A stretch of 63,437 nt of DNA, filler included, from Hyphochytrium catenoides (taxonomy: Eukaryota > Protista > Hyphochytriomycota), in NCBI GenBank assembly GCA_900088475.1. It is 5 parts of 5 records of this genome, joined end to end, with 100 filler letters (N's around TTAATTAATTAA, not from the genome) between each part and the next. Parts side by side here need not be neighbours in the genome. Positions count along the whole stretch, not along the records: positions 14,771 to 33,870 come from FLMG01002428.1; positions 33,971 to 57,856 come from FLMG01004331.1; 3 more parts are not named here. The stretch is one strand, 5' to 3'. The translations under genes were made by a program, and so were the position numbers. Of the stretch, positions 23,515-34,925 are shown one piece after another (the stretch's first letter is position 1; every line of letters starts with the position of its first letter). The notes under the pieces were generated by a model. That model saw nothing but the letters and a program-made list of their open reading frames with translations, did no database searches and was not told the DNA's origin.

Positions 23515-25010
23515 ATGAAGCTATTTCCCGCAGCAGCGGCCATTGTGGCTGCTGCCTTAACGGGTCATGCCGCCGCCCAAGATCTGTGTGCACCTGTAGA
23601 AGACTGCGCAGGGTCAATCCAGGCAATGCCTAAGGGCCTTAAGTGCACTACTCCTTATGGCGCCGTTGGCGAGTTCTTGACAAATTGGGGGGGAGACAAA
23701 CCATCAAAGATCTGCATGCGCTGTCCCACTGGCACGGAAGCCTCGGCGGATGCTGGGAAGTTTCCTTTCTACTCATGCGGCGGTAAAGCCCTATGTGGTC
23801 TGGTTGGCGGGTCCATCACGGGACCTCCTAAGGGTGTCACATTCACTCCCTTCATCCTCCAATGTCTCTTGCAGAATCCCGCAGAGGACGCTTACAAGTG
23901 TTACGAGGCAGCCAGTTCATGCTCTCAGCCCACTGGAGGTCCTGCTCCTGCTCCCACCACTGCCCCTACTGCTGCTCCACCTTCTCCCACTCCAGCTCCT
24001 CCAGTTGACGAGTGCAAGTATGTCAGTGACTGTGCGGGCTCCATCGAAATTGACATGGGTGGGANNNNNNNNNNNNNNNNNNNNNNNNNNNNNNNNNNNN
24101 NNNNNNNNNNNNNNNNNNNNNNNNNNNNNNNNGCATCGCTTGCCTTTCCACATCCTGTCCCGTCACAACCGCCCCTCCTACCGCTCCTACACCGGCTCCT
24201 ACAACTAAGCCTCCAACCCCTACACCCACGGTACCTACCACGAAGCCTCCAACGCCAACCTCTGCTCCTACGCCAAAGCCCACAGTCCGTCCTACTCCTG
24301 CTCCCACTCCAAAGCCCACAGTGACTCCTACTCCAGCACCTACTCCACAACCCACGGCAGCTCCTACCCTGGCACCGACCCCAGCACCCACCTCAGCGGT
24401 CTGTAATACCCAGTGTCTGATTGCCAACTGGCAGCAGGCAGGGTGGGCGTCTGGCCCCACTGCTCCTCCATGCTGGAAGTGGGAGGGAACCTACTACTCG
24501 TGCTTTGACTACGTCAACGGTCGGTGCCAGTGGGCGGGCTTCACAGACTGCGGGGCCATTGCTCCTCCTCAAACTCAGTGCTCAGGGCTGGTGAGGGATG
24601 TGGATCTTTATGGCAATGACATTGGTCAGGTTAACGGCGTGTCGGACGCCGCGCAGTGCTGTGAGCACTGCCGGGATCAGTGTGATATGTTTAGCTGGTC
24701 CGGCTGGCAGGGTGGGACCTGCTTCCTGAAGTCTTCCAAGAGGCACGACGGTGAGGTCCGCAGGGGCAACTGGGGAGTGCACTCGGGTTTCGTAACGCGG
24801 AGGCTAATTAAGGGCATTGACTTCTATGGCAGTGACATTGCCAATGCTCCTTCCTCTTCACCTTCTTCTTGCTTCGACCGGTGCGCACAGAGCCCGGGGT
24901 GCCGTGCCTTCTCTTGGAACGGATACAATGGTGGCACTTGCTGGCTCAAGTCTGGTATTGCCTCTGACCAGATCCGCTCCGCATCAGAGGTCATCTCGGG
25001 CGTCATGTAA
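23515..25010 (+). CDS. Secreted modular protein: at least 2 unknown Cys-rich domains, Pro/Thr linkers, an aromatic Cys module and two PAN/Apple domains
   Basis: Signal peptide [22 protein letters not shown]. The two ORFs are joined across the N-gap 24065-24132. PAN/Apple repeats: [27 protein letters not shown] and [26 protein letters not shown], as in oomycete CBEL-type lectins. Confidence 0.85.
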
Positions 25011-27285
25011 GGTAGTAAGAGGGAGAAGAAGCCCACAGTTGGTGAGAGACAAGGCGAAACGATCGTGACCCAGTTCGCACCCTCCTTTTATAAAAAGAAA
25101 AGATCTATAAATTTAAAGAAGAGATTCTGATCAGACCTTCCGAAAGACGTGTGGTCCCACTTCTATTTACCATCCCCTGCCTCCTCTCCCATGTAGGAAC
25201 AAGCACCCGGAGCAGGGCCCTTGCGGCTTTCCTGCTCACTCTGTATCCAACTTGGTGTGCTCATGAGCCTCACTAGCTGTTCGTTGCTTATCACTGTCAC
25301 CATGAAACTCTCTTAGTGACAATAAACTATTGCCCTACCGTGTCCAACAAGCTAAAGGTGTAGGACCTACAGCGCCAATTGCATCGCACTCCCAAGCTAC
25401 ACACTAAGGACGCGGCTCCAGGAAGATAAGCATTGCTGAAGGTAAGACGACCTGACCGGCGTAGGGTCGTCCGTTCGAGATAGATGGGCTCTGGGCAGCA
25501 CCAGAAGGAGAAGAACGTCATCCCTATGAAGTTCTTTCTTCACCACGCCGGCTCCCTCATCGCTGATGGTCTCTACAGCTGCGGCCGTCCTGACATCTTC
25601 GGTCTTCAAAGCGTCGCCTCTTAGACCCCAGTGGTTCTTTATTATCCCTTCTTTGCCTAACCTCGCTCTTTGCTTTTCTATTTCTGCTCGTCTTCTCTCT
25701 TCACTATCCACTAGGTATGGTTAGACAGAAGATGCAGCTTGATCAAACTGACAGAGAAAGATGAAAAAGGCAAAGAAGACGATTAACACAAGAGGTAAGG
25801 CCGAGAAGTATCAAACCGCAGGAAAGGCAAGAAGCAGAGCCATCGTAGTTCCTTTCTCCCACAAACAACAAATGGCTCCGTCAAAAAAGAGGAGAGAAGT
25901 AGGGAGAGAAGAATGCCACCGATAAAGGAGCAATCTTCTGCGTGCAGGTGCTCCTTATCGATCGCCAGAGCTCCACTGCTTCATAGGTTAACGAGCAAAC
26001 GCAAGGCACGGTGTAACCCGCCTACCATCACACAATATTACCAGGGCTTAAGCTGATCCTTTCTTCTAATAAACATCATGATCTCTGAGCTTGTCCGACC
26101 GCCGATCTTCTAACAGGGAGGATGACGCTGTCGTGGGAAGGGCTGGGAGGGTGAGAAAGCAGCCAGGAGTTGAACGGATCGCTGGAGCTCCGCTGCGAGT
26201 CCCCTGGTCGAGCTCCTCAAGCCTCAAGGCCGCTGGCCTGCAAAAGCCCTGGAGACTGTCCATCACTATGGCCCAAGGGAGGAAGGAGGGGAGTAGGAGG
26301 AGGAGCGGAGTGTTCTCAGAGCTGGCGCCCTCCTGTCCGCCATACTGCAGCAGTAGTAATCATATCGGTGGGGAGGTCAACTCCCCATTAAGCCGAGGAG
26401 CGGCGGTAGTAGTAGTCCATAGGGCTGCCCCCCTTCCTGCTTTGAGGGTGACGCTGATGATAAATAACGGTCCCCACACAGAGGGCACAGAGAGGGACCT
26501 GGGCTGTTAGGTAGTGAGCGACCGGCATGACTACGGGAAACCTTTAGGAACTAACTTGAAACAGTTCCTCTGTTGCCCCGTCTCATACCTGAGAAGGGAC
26601 GGAGGAGAGAGGAGGAGGAGCATGATTGAAGCCATTCTCAGGGGCAGCAGGAGGATCGGATGTTGGTTGAGCCATACCATCATCGACTCCTCCTGCCCTC
26701 CTCCTCCTCCTCCAGCATCCATCAGCTCCTGGTGGCTGCCTTGATTTGCACTCCTCTGTCTCAAATCTCTTCATCAAATCTGGTTAGCAACCACCTGCGG
26801 GCTGCCCGGCTCTCTCTTCCGTTCTGTCTGACCACCTTCTACTCTTCTACTCTCTTCCTCATCTTTCCAAGCACAGCTGATGACGGCCAAACCACGAAAT
26901 CCCTGTACTAGCCTCCTGTACTACCATGTTGTTGTTGGTCTCCCTTGCCAACAAGCGGAGGAGGACCACCTCCTTCCCGCATGGCCATCATGTGTCCTAT
27001 CCCTCATCCTCTTATTCATACGACGGTATGGGCTTGCTGCAAGGATGATAGCGGGTGAAGATAAGGAGAAGAGATGGACGGATGAGCAGGTGTGCTTTTA
27101 AGATAAGTGCTGCTGCTCCTTGACAGCAGTCCGAATAAGCACCATTCGCCATTATATAGAATAGACCACAAGCTCCGTCTGGAGCAGTTGTCTTGACTAA
27201 CTGTCAGTTGTCACCACCTTCTTGCCTTTCAAAGTGGATGATAAATACAGAGATAGTAGATTGAAGAAGAGAAAATAACGGCACC

Positions 27286-30200
27286 ATGGCTCAAGACATA
27301 AAAGCTCTGACTCTTCTCGCTCAGGCGCTCGTCTCTCAGGCTTCCAATCAGCAACTGTCGAAACAGGACCTCGCTACGGCGTTCATTGCAAGCTCTCATC
27401 AAAAGGGCGCAGAAGGATGGCGCGCCTACGAAGAGGCAGGTTATCCGGGCTTGATGGCTGTGCCGGTGCATTTCTCTGGCAAAAAGGATAAGCTTGGGAT
27501 GCCAGAGTTCACGCCAGCTTTCATCGTAGACCCCAATGCCATTCTCCCTGAGATAATGGCCACAAGTTGGGCTTCCAAGGGCAAGGACCCAAAAGCTCTG
27601 ACTGAGGAGCTTCTCGCGACGGCTGCACGCAAGTTTGTAGCGGGTGAGCCGAACCAAGTACTACCGAAGGACCGGCTAGGCGCGTACTTCGCCCTGCTGG
27701 GCCATGGCGTGTATAAGCTGTACAGGTCTATGGGCTTCCCAGGGCTCCTAGAGGAGCCTTTTATGGCAAAGAAAGGGCGCAGATTGCCGGGTGTTAAGCT
27801 CGACCCAACTTGGCGACCAAGCGGCAGAGCCAGTCTGCCTAAATCCAACGGCATCGTCAGACGACCTGATCTCTCAATGTTTCCAGTCATCCCTGCTAGT
27901 TCCTATCCTCCTCCTCCGCAGATGGCCAGCGTCATGGCTCGTGATGGGCTTCATCAAAAGGTAGAGGTATCAATTAGTGAAAGAGACGAAGAAGAAACGA
28001 TTGCGAGTGCTCTGGAGCGCCAGCAGGTGATTTCATCCGAGCCTCTAATCGTCACGCACATTTTGGACGAGCTCTCGGGTGAGAAAGTCCCAGTCTACAG
28101 ACTGGACCATCACACACCTGCTGGGCTTCTCAGTGCCGTAGAGGAGGAACTCCGCAGCTACTCGGAGCTGTCAGTGGACAGTGAGGGAGATATGGAGGTT
28201 GAGGGACAGGAGCGGCTGGATCTCGTCCAAATCCTTGGCTCTGGAGACTCTCCCTTCTTAGGTGAGAAGAAAGGAGAAAGAGAGAACACCAAGAACCACT
28301 ATGAGCGACAGAAAAAGGTGTTTCTCTTTGACATGACTGCTCACTCACCGCAGAAGCCGTTACGAGCTCTCATCTCTCTTCTGCGGCTAGTGCTGGAGAG
28401 GCCTGCGGTGGTGAAGATCTTCCATGACGGCCGAAGTGACCTTTCCGGCCTCTGGAGCTGCTTCGGCATACGAGCGGGCCCTATTTTTGACACTCAAGCG
28501 GTCCATCACAATCTACAATGGCAGGAATCAATCCTGGAAAGGCTCTCGTCCTCCTTCTCCTCTTCTTCTGCGCCTCATTTCAGGGACGAGTTACCTCCTT
28601 CTTCTTCTTTTCGGTCTCAGAGAGTGGCGGCAGAGCACTCGGCTGCTGACGAGAAGCAAGAGGATGGGGACCTCGAAAAAGGAGAACGAAGAAGAGAGAG
28701 AGAGATGCAGGTAAAAAAAGTGAGAAGAGAGATTGCTGAACGGCGCTTTCTGCCTCAGAGCAGACGAGAAATGATTGGCTTGAACAGCCTTCTGCAACGC
28801 TATAACCTGCCGTCCAACCCATTGAAAGAAGCGATGCATGTCCAATTTGAGCAGCTTCAGGATGAGCCAGATAAGGCAGAGAGAGACAGAGAGTGGCGCC
28901 GCCTCGTCTCCAGTCGTACGATGACGATGTACGCTGCACATGATGTCCTTCACTTACAAGAGCTGAAAGAGAGGCTCGAAATGAAGTGGCGGGAGCTGGC
29001 AGGACGCTGGAGCCAGAGCTACTTCTCTCTTTACTCAGATTCTTTAGCTGACGGAGAGAATGCGACAGCGTATGCCGCTGCCCTGGGCCTTCCGTGCGGG
29101 GTCCCTCTTTGCCTCTCCTTCGAGCATCAGCTTGACATGGCGTCTCAATCCGTCGTTTACCTCCCGCGGTACACAGTGCTGCCGCTCTCCTCCAAAGATG
29201 ATGGAACAAGACCAGTGAGGAAAGAAGGAGGGGACGGGCTGGTAGCAAGGGGCAGTCAAGAGATAGTCGATAGAAACGAGATGGAGCCCGAGAGAGAAAA
29301 CAGAAAGGAGGCAGAGTCCGAGGACGGGAAGAGTTTAAGGATGGAGCTGCAGCTCCTAAGAGATGCCGTGAAAATATTTCCCCCGGCTCTTGCCAAGCGT
29401 CTCCTCCAGGCCTCTGAACCGGAAAGCTTAGAGGGGCGGCGGGTGATGGAAATAGTGATGGACTACGGCCGACCTCCCTTCATCAGACTCTCTGACGGCT
29501 CTTCCAAGTTTATTGAGTCCCAGAACCCCCCTCAAGAGGCCATTGAGGTAGAGGGAACCCTTGACAGGGAAACGAAGGCGAGACGCTCTGAAGGTCTCAA
29601 GAATCCGCAGCAGGCAGAGGAAGAGGCACACTGTGTGGCTTTCGACAGCCTTTTACGGCACTTTGAGCTCTTCATGCACCAGGAGAAGCAGCGACGAGGC
29701 GTCGCCCTCTATGAAGCGAAGCTTGAGGAGAAGCCAATCCCTACTCATGAAGGAAATCCAGAGGGAAAGGAAAGACGCCCTGAAGAGGGAAGGACAGAGA
29801 GCGGAAATCGTTTCCGCAGTGAAGTTCCTATTCCTCTCTTCAAAAGTCTGCCAAAGGACCATCGTCTGGGGGTTGCGGGTACTCTGCACCGCCTCAGCTT
29901 CATCCGCGGCCGAAACGCTGAACAGATCCTGGGTCTCACGTTCAGACTTGGCCGCCACATCGAGGGCTCGACCGCCTTGCTCAAAGACTTGATATCCTAC
30001 CTCGGAAGGAAGGAGAGGATTGGCGGCTCTAGACCTTCGTTACTGCTTCTTGGACCTCCTGGTGTAGGTAAGGACGCCAAAGTTGTACTATACTTTTCTG
30101 TCTTCGATCTCTTCTGCCTCTTCTTCTGCTGTGCCACATTTTTTCTAACTCTTTCACGTCCTCCGCAGGCATTTCTTCAATTTGAATCCCTTTTTACGAT

Positions 30201-31583
30201 CTTTGCCCAGCAAGGGCGAGAATAATTATGCGCTTCTTGTCTGTACCACGCTGTCTCTGTCCCTCTGCCTGTTATCGCTGCCCTGCCGCAATGCTCCATT
30301 CACCTCTACCCTACCACGATGACTATGTGAATCTATTCCGCTAACACGTTGTACAGGAAAGACGACTCTCTTGCGGGAAATCACTTCTGAGCTGTCTTCT
30401 CTCTACAATAAGAGCGTAGTAGTGGTGGACACTTCCAATGAGATTGCGGGCGATAGCGACGTGCCTCACAGTTGTATTGGCCGCGCTCGTCGCCTTCAGG
30501 TGCCTGACCCACAAGAACAGCATCGTGTCATGCTTGAAGCCGTCAAGAACCACTGCCCAGATGTGAGAAAGGAACCACTGGCTTCTTCCCTGTTTGCAAA
30601 CTTCTTGGGAGTTCTTCCCGCATATTTCCGTAAACCGACCTCAGTTACATTGCTCATCTCTGTTTTTCATTGTCTCTCGTTTTGTCCTAACCCAGTTGTG
30701 CATTTCTTTGTACTGGCAACTAGAGCTATTTCCACACCTCCATTGTTCTTGCTTCTAAACAAACCCTTGTAGTTCTTAAGCCGGCTGCTTATGGTCATTG
30801 GTGGTGGTGTAGGTTCTGGTCATCGATGAGATTGGAGCAAGTGCAGAGGTCGCGGCCGCCAAGTCCATCGCTAACCGGGGCGTTTCACTTGTGGCGACTG
30901 CCCACGGCTGCAACCTATCAGACCTTCTCCGCAACCCTGAGCTCACAGGACTAGTAGGTGGGTTGCAGCGCGTCATTCTCAGCGCCGCTGAGGCAAAAGA
31001 CCAGCGAGCAACCTCCAAGACGAAGCTCGAGAGAGCTGGGGCGCCAGTTTTCTCCATATTGGTAGAGGTGAGGCAGATACTGATTGAAATAGAGTGATGC
31101 ATTGGCGAGATGGGGGAGAGGTGCGAGGGGTTAAAGAACGAAGACTCTATGCACGGGGGGGGGCCCTTATGTCAGTCCGGCCCTAGTGCTTCCCTTCTTG
31201 GTCCTATCCATTGATTGTCCCTGCCTCTGTAGATGTCACCACTACTTCTGGTGGACTTCACCTCGTGAACAATTAGTACTCGCTGCTTGCTGTCTCTATT
31301 AGCTTGTCAACGATTCCGACAGCCTTTTCGTTAACCATAACTCGTACAGATCTGGGAGAAGAACCACTACTGTATCCACACGAACGTCGCGAGGTCCGTC
31401 GATGCTCTACTGAGCCGAACGAAGAATCTTGCCCGGGTGGAGGCACGATACTTAGAGAGAATGGCGTCTGGCACCAACACCTCGCTGGCGGACACGAAGG
31501 GCGTCATGCGTGCGGTTCTTCAGCCGTCGTTGGGATTAGCGCAGCAAGCACTAGGGGAGATAGATAGACTATTCAGCGGGTGA
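27286..31583 (+). CDS. Fusion protein: two N-terminal repeats, DEDDy 3'-5' exonuclease (EXD1/Egalitarian-like) and Ycf45/SpoIIIAA-family P-loop ATPase; 4 exons
   Basis: Exons 27286-30067, 30357-30562, 30813-31067 and 31350-31583. Exonuclease motifs: VDSEG (ExoI), KIFHDGRSD (ExoII), IFDTQ and YAAHDV (ExoIII). ATPase motifs: [25 protein letters not shown], Walker A GPPGVGKTT split by intron 1, [19 protein letters not shown], Walker [18 protein letters not shown] and [12 protein letters not shown]. Confidence 0.9.
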
Positions 31584-33350
31584 GCGCCACCCCTGTAAAG
31601 CGGTATGATAATAAGGGTGTCCCCATTAGAGTCTATAAGGAGGGGCACATTATTGGAGTTGACTACACCTTTGAGAATGGTTTGGGCATTTCTTGGACTC
31701 GGGATTTCAACTGGCATACAATAGGGTTCGACAAAATGTTACCTAGAGCACTTTATCTCGAAGTTGATTGTGATGAGTTCTACCAGGAAGGCTGAGGGTG
31801 AATGTCAATATCAGAAGCTTGTGATAGAAGACAAAACTAGATAAGAGATACCAAAGGGACTTCGTAACGATGATATTCGCTTTGACTAAGAGTGAGGTAG
31901 GTGTTGAATGCTACAATGCTCTTTGTTAGGAGTACAGTAGTCACTCTCTATACACATCTAGCTCTCAGGGACATAGACATTACGGGTACACCTGTGGTAT
32001 GGGAGAAAGAGGTGTAAGGAGCCGGAGATTTCTTATATGAACTCTTCCTTGCGAACGCCGGAGCACAACAGGAGAGAGAGGTCATGAGGAAAAGCCGGGA
32101 CGAGCAAAGATCTGGAGAGGAGACCATACCGACCGCATCACTCATTCAATGACATCTCATATATCACTACCCAGTCCCTTTGTTATAGTTTCATCTAGAT
32201 TGTGCTCCTACTACAGGAAGCTTCAGGTATTACTATCCAGCTCTGTAAACTCATCAATAGGTCGGCTGCTGTAGATCGTCTGCAGATCTCTGGGCCGTTC
32301 CAGGAACGTTCAGCAGCCCCCTTCCCAATTTCTGCTTTCAACCTTTTTTTTATTAATATAAAAATGTACATTCTCACCACATTTTCTCCATAGTAGCAAT
32401 ATTCAGTAGGTACGTGAGTTAGTGAGAACTTGGTGTGTATAGAGGAGAGTGACTACTTACAACGAACCTTGTAGCGAGCACTCATGCCTTATTATCAGCA
32501 CAATCCTATTTGCATTCTCCATCTAGCAGGGTCCTCCTAAGCTTTATAACATACCTGCTCCGCTGGGTTCTACCAGAGTTTTACTGTGAGATTATTGGAG
32601 GAAACTTATTTTAGTTTACTTCGGTTCGCATACCGGAGTACATACCCTCTGCTGGCTTGCAGGACCTTAGAGCGATTACATAGCCCGGTGAGCTATAGTT
32701 CTAAACAGTATTTATAGTACTCCAAAACCACGAGTTAAGGATGCTCTGCACTTGGCCGCAGCGACAATTGAATAGTCGGCGGCTGGACTGGGCTGAGACT
32801 GTGGTGCGGGCGACGCAGGTTGCGTCCTTCCCCAATAGCATACACAAGGACAGTTGGATCTTCACATATGGGCTTTTACTGTGACTTGGAGCGAGCGGGA
32901 CGTGGGTCGGTAAGACTTGCCGGCTTGCACACACATACCGTTGCCATCAGAGCAACGCAATCAAAGAGCCCACCCACCTTTTGACAACAAGAGCATCTAC
33001 ACGGTTCATGAGCCGTGTTCGATGCTACTGCACCTATCTCGGGCAGGTATTTCATTGTTGCCAGGGCTGCTTTGGTGGCAAAGTGAGTCCGTCACGATTC
33101 ACTCCAAGACCATATGGCAGCAGTAATGACGCCAACTTCACCCAAGCTGTTGTTGGTACGCGAGCCCAGCGGGAATTAGATGTTAAAATCTGTTGGAACA
33201 ATACTAAGAGTGTTCAAATAAAGCTAGTTGCTCGGATTAGGCAGATGTCTTGCAATAAGTTGATTGATGACATACCAAGTGTCTGGTAAATTGTGCATTG
33301 ATGTTTATATGTACTAGATTCTAACTAGATCTACTTCAAACCTGAGAGTA

Positions 33351-33593
33351 CGTTGGATTTGTATGGGATGGTTGGACAACGTCATTAGATGAGAGTGCTC
33401 TACTTATAAGCCCAATCAATGACATTGTCAGTCTTGAAGGTCTTTCGGGGTACTGACCACCATAAGCCATAGATATAAGCAAGGACGTTTCGTTTGCTTC
33501 ATATCTCGGCTCTACTGGGAGTTTGGAACTGAAACTTGGGTAGTTAAGCTTGCCAGCTTGTAGTCCACATAGTTGTGCCCTCAGACTCCAACA
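33351..33593 (-). mobile_element. Solo LTR (internally deleted) with 5-bp target-site duplication GAGTA
   Basis: Reverse-complement match to 35979-36301, with (T/C)GTTG...CAACA termini and GAGTA at 33346-33350 and 33594-33598. Confidence 0.85.
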
Positions 33594-33870
33594 GAGTATA
33601 CGAATAGAGTATAATCTAGATAGAGGAGGTGATGCACTTTACAGAGCTCGGTGGCAATGCCTGAAGCTTCTGTATGAGCACAATCTAGATGAAATGATAA
33701 CAAAGGGACTTGGTATTGATGTGTCTGAAGATTTCTCAGAATGATCACTCAGTCCTGAGAGCCTGGTGTTGAACTGTGATCGACGCTGAAACCAAAAGTG
33801 TACAGCGGACGACGCGGAGGGGAAAATCCCTGGCATATAAACAAAAGCGGAGATTAGTCAAGAGTACGTT

Positions 33871-33970
33871 NNNNNNNNNNNNNNNNNNNNNNNNNNNNNN
33901 NNNNNNNNNNNNNNTTAATTAATTAANNNNNNNNNNNNNNNNNNNNNNNNNNNNNNNNNNNNNNNNNNNN
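33871..33970. other. Artificial contig linker
   Basis: N-TTAATTAATTAA-N spacer. Confidence 0.98.
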
Positions 33971-34001
33971 AACCCCCAATATTAATTCAAAGTGCTCACC
34001 A

Positions 34002-34800
34002 TCAAATAATAAAATCTAACAGAAGATGATGATGTGGCGCTCGCGACAGCTGGAAGGTTCTGATGGGGTTGGGTTTCAACAAGCCTATGAAGGCCACTGC
34101 TCCTCTGCGTAGTGCCCTGATGGTTGCCTTCGGTGACAGAACTGCTATGGAGTCTCTCTGAGTGTCGTATCTAGCTCGTTGCGTTTCCTGTTTTTGTTGT
34201 GAGGTGCGGGGTCTGAGAGCGGGGTCGTGAAGGGCTATCGGGGAGATGCCACGAAGAGCAATCTTGTCGGGTCCAAAGTATACGGTGTTTGATGTCCACT
34301 CGATGATAGGGTTATTCTTTATAAACAGCCAATCTTTGCACAGGATCGTGTCGAAGGCAATGTTAAATACGTGCAAATCGCATCGATCAATCGCCCCATC
34401 GGCCCAGTCAGTTGAAGGTCGGGTAGATCCATCAGCATAAGCAAATAATTCTTGGGTGGGCTTGGGTTCAGTAGTAAGGCCAGTAAGTGATGCGACGTGT
34501 TCCCCGATAATGTTTCGTTGGCAACCGCTGTCTATCAGAGCGTGGAGGGTCACTCTATTGATATGTGCTAGTAACAAGACTAGACCTGTATTGTCTGGTG
34601 GATTTGTGGTAGCTGCTGTGACCTCTAACTGGGAGACAACAGACGTGGAAGAAGAGGGTCGCGTTTGTCGAAGTGGCATCTTTGTTACAATGTGTATGGC
34701 ACGTAACGCGACGGGTCCATGGCACTGGTTGATCGCAATGATGGTCAGCCGGGGAGGACTGTGGGGTTTCGGGGTTCGGGGAATGTGGGCTGGGATAAGA
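34002..34800 (-). pseudogene. Degenerate Ty3/gypsy gag-protease fragment
   Basis: Retropepsin motif LHALIDSGCQRNII, a degenerate ILG.DWL motif (DTILCKDWL), NPIIEW, and a frameshifted PVPMD gag-like motif upstream. Confidence 0.8.
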
Positions 34801-34925
34801 TATCAACGAAGGTGGAGAAATTCTACTTTCATTATTATATTCAGTCTCCTTAGGTGTGTTGGTTCCAGGGTGTTGTGTGGCCCACTCAGCCCTGGAACGA
34901 CCCATTTGGGCCTAGTGTGCGGTCC

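Noticed and set aside
27286-31583. Plastid ycf45 or bacterial spoIIIAA contamination
   Set aside because: Three spliceosomal introns interrupt conserved motifs, so this is a nuclear eukaryotic gene.
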